Origin: Eledone cirrhosa
Lineage: Eukaryota
Assembly (NCBI GenBank): GCA_964016885.1
Contig: OZ024743.1
Coordinates: 20,708,001-20,772,000, forward strand
Direction: 5' to 3'
DNA length: 64,000 nt
Shown here in pieces: positions 41,579 to 53,970 of this stretch. The notes beneath the pieces are model-generated. The model saw only the letters and a list, made by a program, of their open reading frames with translations, was not told where the DNA came from and did not search any database. The position numbers and the translations under genes were made by a program. How positions within the stretch are numbered: position 1 is the stretch's first letter; every line of letters starts with the position of its first letter.

Positions 41579-43440
41579 TATATATATGAGAGAAAAAGAG
41601 AGAGAGATTGTTAGATAGATGAAATTTTATATGTTTGTTATATAGGGAAGTAGGTAAATACTTAGATAATATAGAAGGAAGTGCAAAGTGGTATGTAAAA
41701 TTGCAGTAATATCGGCAAAAGGTTCAAAACTTTAAATGTACCAAGGTTTGAAATGATAACCTTGCAAGGTTGTACGTAATGACTTTATCTTAGTTAATTA
41801 TGAAGAACTTCCTTTATGTGTGACTTCTATGTACAATTTGTGAATGTACAATGTATGAAAGAAAAGAGATTGCTTCTATTAAGAATCACAAAACAAATGA
41901 ATAAAACAAAACAGCAAGATTTGCCTCTGTCATTGCACTACAATATTTATGAAACATCATTAGCCTCAGTCCAGGAATAATTGTTGATAATGAAGATCGA
42001 TTTAATATGAACTACTGATAATTCTTTCTATTACATTATTTCAAGGGACATGTACTTTTATGGTATTTTTTACAACAATTATTTCTATTAATTATATTGT
42101 TCAATTGTAGAAAACTATTTAATTCATTTACAACAGTATTTTGTGCTAGCTCTGAATTGATACTAGTTACTTAGTTGTATTATTTCCCAGTAACATAGTT
42201 ACTCTTACTTTAACTGTTTTTAATTATTTTTTCTTTTCCTCTGTCAGTGAACAACACAATTGACACTTCCATTTGTATTATATATACATAGTTGTCACTC
42301 ATTCTTAGTAAATTTCTCAATTACAAAATAACAAAGAGAAACTTTTTTACTTACTCTCAAGAAAGCTATAAATATTCATCTAATCAGTTGTGACTGAAGA
42401 GGGCCTATGATACGACAATATAATTCTATTAATTGCTATAAGATACTGTTTTGTCTCTTGTCTCTTACTCCACTGGACAGCACTTCGTCTTGTCAGACAC
42501 TGTGACCTCGGTTGGACCAACAGTACCCTTGTAGGGGTTGAAACTGCCAAAGTTCATTTAAACGAACGATGAACCTGGAGTTCTGTGTCTTTCGTTTGTA
42601 ATTTTAAAAAAATATATTTTTTAAAGGTTTCCTCTTAAAAAATTGTTTTTCGTTTTGCCTTGTTTTCATTCATTGTCATGTCCTCTCTTTGTTAATTTTC
42701 TTAAGTTTATCATTTTATATATATATATATATATACAGACACACACACACACATATATATATATAAATAAAATAAGAGACATAGGTTCTATTCACATGCA
42801 CACTAATGCCCATTTTTTCCATTGTGGGGGTTCATATGCCCTAAAATTATGGTGAAAGCTTCTAATTTTATTTTCAAAATTTTAAGTCACCACCTTATCC
42901 TAATTCACACCTGCTATATACACACACTCATACACACATCCCTTTCTGAAAAATTTGTGACAACAAAATAAATCATTGTCAACTTCATCCTTTTTATGTT
43001 CATTCAGTCTATGCCAGCATGGACTGAATGGAATTTTTGACACAGTGTTTTATGCCTAGTTGGCTTTTCTGGTGCCAACCATTTAATCACGGTGATATTT
43101 TGTATCTATTTCAAAAGCCTTGATACACTGAGTATACTTTACTTATATAAACTACTAGTATTTTAGATGAAGATTCTATAGTACTCTGACTTAATGGTAG
43201 TTGATCTTTGATTTTGATGAAGTAATATCTATCATTGGTTTTTGGTATTGTTTCATTTAGTAGAAATAATTTTACAAACCATTACCAACTGACAACTCAT
43301 GGGAATGTGATAATTCAATCAAATAAACATATTTTTGGCTCGGAACCTAAAGAATTCTTAAAGAATACAAATTATTAAAATGCCTATTTCTTTATATTCG
43401 GACTCATAAAGAATTTTGTTTTCTCTACTATAGTTGTGAG

Positions 43441-43662
43441 GATATAATACATTGAATCAACCCCTGTCTATTATTACTGCTATGGGCTGGAGTCACAGTG
43501 ATATAATAGATTGAATAAACCCCTGCCTATTATTACTTCTATGGGCTGGAGTCGTAGGGATATAACACATTGAAGAATCAACCCCTGTCTATCATTACTG
43601 CTATGGCCTGGAGTCACAGTGATATAATACATTGTATCAACCCCTGCCTATTATTACTGCTA
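43441..43662. repeat. Minisatellite, about 59-bp unit x 3.7
   Basis: gatataatacattgaatcaacccctgtctattattactgctatgggctggagtcacagt repeated. Confidence 0.92.
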
Positions 43663-43717
43663 CTATTTAGGGAAGTCAAAACCAACACCTGCTGAATCTA
43701 AAGTCAGAACATCATTA

Positions 43718-44658
43718 TCTATAAAAGGCAGATTGTTGTTGTGTGTGTATGCATGTTCCATGTTTATACATTTGCACAATTTCAAACCGATTCAACTCAA
43801 AGTCTGTAAGAATGTTGTAAATGGTCTAACTTAGGTCAACGACTATTTATTTCATTCAGACTCACCCAGAATTACGGAAATAATCGATAAAACTAAATAC
43901 ATGATGCTTTACCCCTCTAATACAATCTGATTTCTTCTCTCTCTACTCCCCTTAAAATTCGATAAAACTACATACATGCTGCAACTTTCTCTTATATATG
44001 ATTAAACTTACACACTTCCTTTAGGAACGCCGAAGAGAGAGAGAAGAGAGGGAGAGAGAGAGAGAACGTTTGTTTTTGAGTGTGGAACGGTCAAACATTT
44101 ATTTACTTCAATGACAAAGAGAACTTATTACATTTCATACGAAACAACAATTATTCAAAAGCAACAGATAAATTTATTCAACAACAACAAAAATAGAGAT
44201 AAATCTTTTTTAAAACCTCTCAACGAACGTGGAAGAAAGAAGTATCAGTTTATTTACTATACACAATAATATCCTCTATGAGGTCACTAAACCTGCTAGA
44301 AACAGCAGCTAACTCTCCCCCATATCACACCCCTCCCTACTGTCTTAAATTTAGAAAACACACATGAGACAACCATGCAGAACAACTCCATCGCAGCTCT
44401 GTTGTTTGGCTGGCATCGTCTACGCGCGTGTTGCGCAAGTACTGTGAAACAATAAATTTCAACACTTCTTTGCACAGAGATAATATCCATAGGCGAAACT
44501 ACAATTGTCACTGCTGGTGCAACTCCTGCTTCGGCAGTCCAGGTCTGCAATTCATTCACCTAGTGCCTGGCAGACAAAAAAGTGCTGCCATAAAATGGGT
44601 AGTGCAACCTAACTTTGGTAACTTGCTGACCCTGAGCAACGCCGGGCTTTAATGGTAG
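43718..44658 (+). mobile_element. Putative non-autonomous Helitron
   Basis: a|TCTATAAAA 5' end; 3' GC-rich hairpin-like ccctgagcaacgccggg followed by ggTAG|t (CTAG variant); A/T insertion site and no TSD. Confidence 0.62.
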
Positions 44659-47129
44659 TATACTGATAAATCTAAATTCTATTTTAGTTAGTTACTGTAG
44701 TATTGCTACTATATTAAAGTACATTATATTAAAGTAAATATTCACTCAAATTTCGATTCAGGTGTTTCAACTTAGTAGCATTTATTGACACAAATTATTA
44801 TCAGAACAGTGGAAAACGTTTCAGGAATATATTTATAGTTTACTATCCCCATGCAGCTTGTCTTTTTTAAACAGAAAATTTATTTCAATTAGATAATATA
44901 TAAAATTCAATTTAGATTTGTTCTTGTACATAAACCCTTTCATAACAAAATATTGATATATTTCTTGATTTCAAAGGAATTGCATCATATTTTCAGACTA
45001 CCAGATTAACATCAGTATAACTTATAGTTTCAGGAGACAGTAGTTTTGTTTGTTTGTTTTTGTGTATTGTTTCCTCTATTTCTTAGACTAATACACTAAA
45101 AAAGTAATGTTTATATCAGATTAAACTTCTTTCATTTTGAGAATCATATATCATGAATAAAGTTAATAACTATAATCTAGTATCATTTATGTTTGGAAAT
45201 TTGTTGTTTTCTTAAATTTTCATAATTAAAATTGAAAGAGATGTTTTATGATAAATCCATAGTATGATGTCATTCACCATTTAACACAGTAATTATCATC
45301 ATCATCGTGTTTGTGTCAACTATTCCATACTGTCATAGGTTGAAAGGGACTTTTTGAAGCAATGTTTTACAGCTGGATACCCTTTCTGACACCAATCCAT
45401 TTAATCACTTCTTTCAGCATTCAGGGCAATGGTATACATATTCTAAAACCAATACACTGTAGCTATGTTAAAACTATTTAAAATGATGTCTGCCTTGAGT
45501 TGTAACATTAAATGTTTAATAGTATCAGTTGCTTTATAACATTTCAATGATAAAACTTCACTAAAGGTTTTGAGATCTGCTCTGTTTGTAGCAAATGAAT
45601 TGTTATTGAGGCATTATAACATCTAGTGTCTAGCTCTACAGTTTTGTGGTGAATATCAAAATAGAAATTGGCTCATCACAACAGTAATTCATTAATATGC
45701 TTTTAAGCCTCCTCATTATTATCTAGCATCCACTTTCCCTGCTAATAAGGATTGGACAGGCTGTCAACTGACTGGTTCAATACTTAAACGAATCTATTGA
45801 ACCATGAGATGGGCTACGGGAGCTTGTATCTTGCTTACATGTGTTCCCTTGCTCTACAGAAATCTCAGACTAGCTAGTGGTCTGCAAATGGCTTGCATAT
45901 GATCCTATGTTCTACTGAGTGCATTTTATCATGACAGAAGCACTAAGGTAGTTGTTATCTTTTTGATGCTGCCAAAAAATCCTTCCAACCCTTTGTTTGG
46001 CAAGTTTTCTATAGCTGGCTGCCTTGCCTGGCTGTTTTTTTTACAATATTAATATTATCAATCAAGCAAAAATTTTACATCAATACTACTAAATTAAAAA
46101 AGAATCAATAATTGTATAGTTACACATCACCTACAACAGTGAGTTTATACCTATACATGTACCTGGTGCAGTGAATTGGCAGTCATTAGAATGTTGGATA
46201 GAATAGCATAATTTGTGGTTTTCATTCTGGCTCTCTGAGTTCAAAGCATGTTGAGGTCAATTTTGTTTTTCATTTTTCATGGTCAATAAAAAAAAATTCC
46301 AGTCCAGTACTGAGATCAATACTTCTCTATATCTCTTTCTCACTTCTTCTCTATCCTTCTTTCTGTTGTTTCTTCTCTGAAAGAAATCAGCCATTTAGAC
46401 TTTGAGAGGGAATGGGCTCTGCCAGGTCTAAAGCACCCACGACATAAAAGAAAATATCACAACAGTGCTCTCACTATTCCATGAGGAGTTATGGCTCCAT
46501 AATACTTACATATATACATGAATATCTGAATACCTATCTACCAACATACATGCATGCATAGGTACATACATACGTGCATACATACATGATGGCTGCAAAC
46601 TCTTGTCAGATTATAGAATTTGGTGCACTTTTAGGCTACAGTCAGTCACACAAACCTGTAACATATTCTGAACAAGCAATGCCTGTGCTTTGAAGGTTCT
46701 TTTAAGTGGGGAAGGCCTTGCACTTGACCAATCCGACTCGCTGAGCATCGAAAAACTACTCGAAAAGGAGAACTGGTCAGCATCATCGGATGCTTACATA
46801 CATACATAACTTTAATAAGTAGACAGCACTATTAAGTGTTTTTTAAATATAAGTACATTAACTATTGAGTTTTGTTTGGCTGCTCAACTCAAAATCGACT
46901 TGGACAGCTGCAATTCCAAACTTACACAGCCTCAAAGGCAATATCGTCTAGAATGTATATATACAGTTTACAACAGTGACCTCAGAACCAATATTGTCTA
47001 GAACATATATATATATATATGTATCAACAGTAAACTCAGAAGTAATTTAGTCCAGTATATAAATATATATATATGTATGTATATATATATATATATATAC
47101 AGTGACTTCAAGCAATATAGTCTAGTATA

Positions 47130-47428
47130 TACATGTGAAGGCATTCCTTTGGTTAAGACGACGAGTGTTCCAGTTGATCTGATCAATGGAAAAGCCTGCT
47201 AATAAAATTAACTGAGCATTCCACAGACATGCATATCCTTTATGTTGTTCTCAGACTGGTTCAGTCTGACACAGTGTGTGACAAGGCTGGTCCTTCGAAC
47301 TACAGATACAACTCATTTTTGCCAGCTGAATGAACTGGAGCAACATGAAATAAAGTGTCTTGCTGAATGACACAACATGCCGCCATGAATCAAGTTCACG
47401 ACCTTATGATTGTGAGCTGAATAGCCTA
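47130..47428 (-). mobile_element. Second tRNA-headed SINE family; related fragments at about 16740-17015, 29985-30125 and 56860-57110
   Basis: The - strand shows a tRNA-like head followed by the ttgtgtc.tt.agcaagacactt core; shared segments with the other loci. Confidence 0.65.
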
Positions 47429-49678
47429 TGAACAGACCTCAGAATCAATATCTTCTAATATGTATGTTTAGAAAACTCAGAAGCAATATAGTATGTATAT
47501 GTATGAATAGGGACCTTAGTGGCAATATAATAATTACACTCTATTTCATCAACACAGAGACACAAATAGTACTCATACCTTTGAAACATCCTTGTAGTCC
47601 ATCTCTAGTCTTGGACAACATGCAATTAAAACACTTGTCTGTTAAGACTTACAATATCTAATGATGTTTCTTAAAGATCACAAGTTATAGCTATAATTGC
47701 ACCTTATACAGAACCCCAACATACTTCAATTGAATCATTTGCTGACCCTTCACAAAACTCATACTAATGTACTGCTTCTACATGTGTGATAGTATTATTA
47801 CTACACACACAAACATTCTAGATGACATCAAAACAAGGCCATCCCACTCAGTAACAAATGATCTCTTCTTAACCCACTACAACTTCTTATCCTCAGAAAA
47901 GAATATTTTCTAATGTTGGGGATCTACATGATAAACACATCCAGTACACTCTGTAAAATGGTTGGTGATAGGAAATGCACCCAACCATAGAAAACGTGCT
48001 TACCAAAGGGTCAGAAAGACTCTTCAGCTATGCCAAAGACATGACAACTTCCCCAATGTTGGTGCTACTGTAAAACTCATTCATTAAAGTGTGAGGTCAT
48101 GGATTGGGCCCTCAGCCCATCTGAAGATTAGAGGCTACACTTATGTATTAACCGGTATGTGACATGTCCAACTCTTGCTAGCAGAGAAAACGTACGTTAA
48201 ACAATGATGAGGATATATGTATATTGATTTGCATGTGTGTATAACATGAAAACATTCATGTTTATGTAAGTCAGACAACAATGGCTAGCTGTAAAATCCT
48301 TGTTCTGTGTGAGTGTATGCATAGGAGTGTGTGTTTAACCTGCATACATTCATATATGCGATGACAGACATCATAAGATACACCCAACATTTATAACATA
48401 GTTTAATGAAAAGATATATTCTTGGCTTTTCCTTGTATTGATTTTAAATAAAATAAGTGCAATCACTTATAGTGGAAAATATAGAGATAATACATTACTT
48501 TTTAAACTTTTACTGTAAATACAAGTTTTAAGAAATAAAACTAGGGATAATATATTTGATAATATAAAATATGATTAAAACAGAATGTATCTAAAAATAT
48601 GAATAGAATAGACTTGAATAGAAAGAAAGAAATTTTATTTACAAAATTTTAAGTATCATCATTTGACTGTAGTAGCAGGCAGTTACTCTCCTCTTCCATC
48701 CATTGCAGTTTTCATCATCATTTGTGATCTCGTATTTAGCCTTGGCCATTGGTGGGATTTGTATCCTTATGCAGAATTTTAACACAGAATGTGAAGTACT
48801 AGAAGAGTTATCGTAGTGTATCTCATCTGATGTTCTAAAAATTCTGCCAATTCACCACTATGGACTGCTACATTATTTTATCAACCTTGAATAGAAGAAA
48901 GACAAAAGTGACTTTAGCAGGATTTGACCACAGAGTTCAGGGAGCCAAAACAATTACAAAAAAATATTCTATCCGACACCTTAACCATTCTTCAATTTCT
49001 CTGCTTTAGATATGTATATGTTAAGAAGTCAATGAAATCATGTCATTAACAATATTTTACAAATGCTCATGTGAAAAAATATCAAGATTGATAGAAATAG
49101 AATAGCAATCAAATACTAGGGTCAGTGCCCTCTGATTCCTGTCCTTGTATCTATATTAGAAACAGGAAGTTACATTTTGTCTTGCTTTTGTTGAATAACT
49201 AAATTTCTTCATATGATTATTTGACTTAGGAAGACACTTTACTGTGTATAACTCAGTTATATTTCAAAACTAACTGAGAACTATGTCCTTCAAGATTCTA
49301 CATAAATTACATACATATAATAATGAACTCATTGTAAATTTTTCTTCCTTTTGTGCACAAATGTATTTTATGTGAATAACACATACTGGTAGATCTGATT
49401 GATTCAAACTTCCTTTGAGGTTTATTTCAGAAGAGGCAAGTAAAAAATACTTGCTGTTTGGACTCAAAATGTTTCCATCAAGCCATTAACATTATTAGAT
49501 TTACACAAATCTCTTTCAGATAAAAGAACTTCAACAAATTAAATTCCCTATTCTATGTGCAGAAATATTTGATTTTTAGCTAAAAGTTTTCACATTTAAA
49601 CTGGTGACTTCAGCATCTCTGAATTTTCAAGTTCTTTCAATTTAATTGTATATTCTTTTATTTCTTTTTATTTTCTAG

Positions 49679-49950
49679 AGCTGGCTGGTTTATTCCAACA
49701 GATATAGCAACAGAATTTTGGTCACAAAATATATTCATTGATCATTGGCGGGCTCTACGACTACCCCAGGTTATCGCTAGGTTTTCATTAAATGATTCAC
49801 TCTCTGTACTTGAAAATGTGATGACAAAAAGACTTAATCAGGGAGCAGAACCATTGTGTAAAGAGGACGACTGTGTGAATGGTTTCCTTTTAGGGCCAGG
49901 TTGTAAATACCTCAGTGGTGGTTGCCTTATACTATTATCAAGTTATCCAG
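49679..49950 (+). CDS. Internal coding exon B of the same receptor gene
   Basis: Long pyrimidine tract, ttttctag| acceptor, CCAG|gtaagc donor; 272 nt, phase 2 to phase 1. Open frame AGWFIPTDIATEFWSQNIFIDHWRALRLPQVIARF...LCKEDDCVNGFLLGPGCKYLSGGCLILLSSYP; overlaps ORF 49818..50000. Confidence 0.9.
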
Positions 49951-50741
49951 GTAAGCATTCTGTTTTCTCACTATATTTATACTGGCACAGTATCTTTTAA
50001 TTATCTAATGAGTCAAATTGTCATGATTATCTCATCAACTTCATAGCATAAACACTATTCTAATCAAAACAGTTTGTGTACTAATATAAAATAATATATT
50101 AAGATAGTTTATATTTTGTTCTAAAATCACTTCCCATAGAAATGAAAGGCTACAATAATTTAAGTCCAACTAGCTTTTAAAATGTTCTTCATTTATAGTT
50201 AGGAGCTTAGTATTCACATAAAGTTGTTATTGAGTATCTCTAGTCAGCTCTTTCATGACATGAAAGTAGTTGATGAAAATATTAAGAGCAACCCACAGCA
50301 AGCTAGTTTGGTCGATAATTCAGTATTCTATGAATATTCTACCCAACATTAATTTCACTGATTCTGGTGGTGGTGGGATTCAATATTATATAATATGTGG
50401 CATTTATTTCAAAGGAGAGGAAGCTTTTAGATTTCTTTGCTACATTGTGCAGATTAAGTGACCATAATAAAACATTCTCTCTCTCACTTTTAAAACCAGA
50501 AAAGTGTTATTAAGATAGTGTAAAATATTTTAGTTAAAAATCCTTCAGAAATTAACCTTTAAATGTTTAAAGAAAACATACATATTTAATAGTATAACAG
50601 TTTGAATGAACACAACACAACGAAAAGATATTTCTATAACCTTTTAGAAGCTGACATAATATATTTGTATTAGTACATCTTATACCAGAAATAAGTTGAT
50701 ATTTTGAAATTTGTTTTGATTTATATTTCTTCTATTTACAG

Positions 50742-51275
50742 AAATGAACTATCATCTTCTCCAGTCTCAGATAAACACACTCAACTTACCAGTGATTGTG
50801 GCTTGGATAGGACATTATTTGACAGACTTTGTTCGTCAGCGTGCACAGCGGGGTTTACCTGTCTTGTTTTATGATTGGTGGCCAAGTCCACTCACACTCA
50901 ATCACAATTTCACACAGATCAAATTCCCATCATGTCCTTATGATCCTAACCCAATCTACTGCAATTTCAAACTCAACCAACTAACTAAAATGACATCACC
51001 AGCTCTTTCAAAATTAGCTCCCCGGGCATACGAAGCTGTTTCTCGGATGTCTTTTACTCAAGAGGAGTATGCAGATTTGCTTCAGTTTTATAGCAATGCA
51101 AAAAGTTTACGACCTAGCATACGAGCAAGTAAAGTTGCCTGTAGCTGGGTAAAAGATCATGAACATATTTGGAAACGATGGTTTCCTAAAATTATTTCAA
51201 CAAAAAAAAAGGTTTACCTTGGCGGATTATTTCCCCTCACTGGGCCATTTTGGACTCAGCCGGGGCTTATTCAAA
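50742..51275 (+). CDS. Internal coding exon C: C-terminal lobe of the PBP2-like domain and start of the ANF-receptor/Venus-flytrap domain
   Basis: tatttacag| acceptor and CAAA|gtaagt donor; 534 nt, phase 1 to phase 1 (G|AA = Glu joins exon B). Contains PVLFYDWWPS, IKFPSC, VACSWVKDHEHIWKRWFP (end of a ProX-like fold), then KKVYLGGLFPLTG (typical first strand of a VFT domain). Matches ORF 50744..51301. Confidence 0.93.
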
Positions 51276-52529
51276 GTAAGTTGTTTCTTTATTTTAATTG
51301 ATATACGTCTTCTGTAAGTAATATCAGTCTTTATAATTCTATTGTTGCCATATTTAGTGTTTCAGAATATTTGTTCTCTTTCTTTTCACTATTTATTGAT
51401 CATTTGATGCAATTTCACCCCATTATATTCACCTGTTAACTTAATAACACTTTGGCATAATAGAGCTAAACAATTAGATGATATCATATAGATTTACATA
51501 TTTCCATGTTAAACCATAGCCATCTATAAATTCAGAGTACATAAGAATTTTATGCTTGTAACTTGTTTATAAAAAGGAACATCTGCACATTACAAACATT
51601 CTTTTCTTTCAATAAACATCCATATGGATTTTCTTGGTTGTCTTCAAGTCTTTATAATAATTCTTGTAAGAACAAATTTGATACAGATAAAATGGTTTCA
51701 AAGACTTATACCAATGTAAAAACTCCTTTCCTCATTCAACATATAGCCATACAACTTATAAAACAGACAAACATGTAACTAAACAAGCTTAGGATAAAAT
51801 GATGTACAAAGAAAATGGGAAAGATTTTTACACAAAGAAACACAAAGGCATTGTATAAACTTTCTAACCAAACAACTATTTTATTTACATATATAAAAAT
51901 AAATGTATGTATGTTTGATGTGACAAGTTGTAGGCCAAAGTGTTGCATCTATTTTGCTGAGATTTTTGCATACAGTTCTATCATTTCAAGGAAAACATCA
52001 TAAGCTATGTAACTTTTTCTGAATTTTTCTTAGCATTTAATAACACAAGCACAGCAGAAGACATTGAAAAAAACATATACTGATCAGAAAAATAATTTAT
52101 TTAGAGTAATTATATGAATTAGTTTAGTATTTTGAAAAAATGTATGTTTTTTCAGAAAATATGAAAATATGTGAGAGTAAAATTCTGTTTCATTTTTGTA
52201 TATTTATATGAAGCTCAACTTAACCATTTTCTCAATTACTTGGATGAAACAATTCTGAGTGAATCAACATTCCTAAATCAACTGATGACTGTCAGTGTAT
52301 TTTTTAACCTAATTTATCAAAAATATAGCAAATTTATATGATTATATTTGTTTTAGGTATTAACTCAAGGCAAATCAGGGTATAGCTGCTAATTTTTTGC
52401 AAACACTATAGATTATATTTTCTATTGGTTCTTTCTCTGTTAGAAATTATATTACTGAGTGGATAATCAACTCATCAGACTTTGGGTAAAGTCTGTTACA
52501 TGTTCTTCATTTTGTATTTGGGCAATATA

Positions 52530-52630
52530 CAGGGTGTCCCCCAAAAATGTATACACACTTTGATTACCTGTACAGGCAATATTTATTAGAATGCTGTTGA
52601 AGTGTGTATACAATGTTTTTGGATACCCTG
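52530..52630. mobile_element. Tc1/mariner-type MITE, 101 bp
   Basis: TA|cagggtgtcc...tgtatacacactt ... aagtgtgtataca...ggataccctg|TA. Confidence 0.85.
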
Positions 52631-53903
52631 TATTTAATTCTACATTCTTTCATTTACCTGTGACAGAAGGAACCATATCATTTAGAATGTGAACAATGAG
52701 AGACTAGTTTTTTAAATTCTGATCTATTGCAACCATAGTCTCTGTGTGTAAGGTTATATGTGACAAACGTATGGATTCTATTATAAACGTATGAATTCTA
52801 CATAAACGTATGGATTCTACATAATGAAGTCCAGTGTTTACAATGAAAATTATGTTATGTCACTGGTGTTATCAAATACTAACATACTAAATTAATATAT
52901 TTGCTGCCATGCGAACAATCTTAAATCAATGTTATTTATGAAAAGGTGAATGAAAGCATAATTTATTAAAACTGTCAGTAGACTTAATTTATAATAATGA
53001 TAATAGCATTATATTATTCTATACGTCTAGTCTTAAAGTACATTATCAAATGGCCTCTATAATGCTTATTTATAGAAAGTCAGGGAAAGTTTTTTTACAT
53101 ATATTTAGTTTCATTCTGAAAAATTCAAATTTTACTAGGATGAACATTTCTAGTATTCTCATTGGTGGCCTTTTTATCTATAAATTTATCTCAGCATAAA
53201 TTCTTATGAAAGTAGATGTGATGAAATCCTTTTACAGTCTATTAAAAAAGAAAAAAAAAAGAGACAACTGAGAAATACTTTCTGAAAACTATTCACTTTT
53301 TTATAGTTCAAAGATAAAACATCAACTTGATCACTCTAAGGATGAGATTAAAATATTTCATATTTTCCACATGCATTCCTGTGGGAAATATGAATGTAAA
53401 TAAAATTAGTTTCAAAGAAATATTTGATCAAAATCTGGCCATATTCATAAATGGAAATGGAATTTCAGTTACTATTTCTGAATATGCAACTTTAACTCCA
53501 AGTGTAGAAATAGCCCCTGGAGACAGATTCTACATAAGCCACAATACTTACTGCAACTCACTACCTGCAATTGGTTCAAACTGAAAATATATTGTGTTCT
53601 ATACTTATATTTTCATGGAATCATATTTCAAGTTATCACTTAAAACGGTTCCATTTTAAAGCAACATCAACTTGAAAAGAATAATCTATAAATAATGCCT
53701 GCCAAGAAAATATCTAACTTTATTAATGTATGAGAAATACCTTATGCTACTAAATCAATAAGTTATCTGATGATGAATTAACCACTAACTACATATTATC
53801 TTGAGAAATACTGACGCTAACCCTTTTTAAGAAATCACTAATTTATCACTGTTTTTCCTTAGCTGACTAGGCTTTTGTGAGTCCTCAGAATAGAGTTTTT
53901 TTT

Positions 53904-53970
53904 CAGTAGCCCCAAGAATGAAAGGAAAGACAAAAGAGAAAAATGTTTTCTTTCATTCTTGGGGCTACTG
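53904..53970. repeat. Hairpin with 21-bp perfect arms
   Basis: cagtagccccaagaatgaaag ... ctttcattcttggggctactg. Confidence 0.9.

Noticed and set aside
42390-42550. ctgaaga-ggg...gaaac as a hammerhead
   Set aside because: The core halves are about 140 nt apart with no evident closing stem II or stem I.
43441-43662. CRISPR-like array (also 46926-47530)
   Set aside because: Eukaryotic context, no unique spacers, no cas genes; these are minisatellites.
49676-49680. Alternative acceptor AG at 49679-49680
   Set aside because: Using it would shift the frame by 2 nt and break the GRAGWFIP junction.
50742-51275. Bacterial contamination or recent horizontal transfer of an ABC substrate-binding gene
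   Set aside because: The coding sequence is split by spliceosomal introns full of host repeats and is fused to a metazoan-type VFT start.
53327-53584. 85-aa ORF as the next VFT exon
   Set aside because: No recognisable VFT continuation and no convincing phase-1 splice sites.
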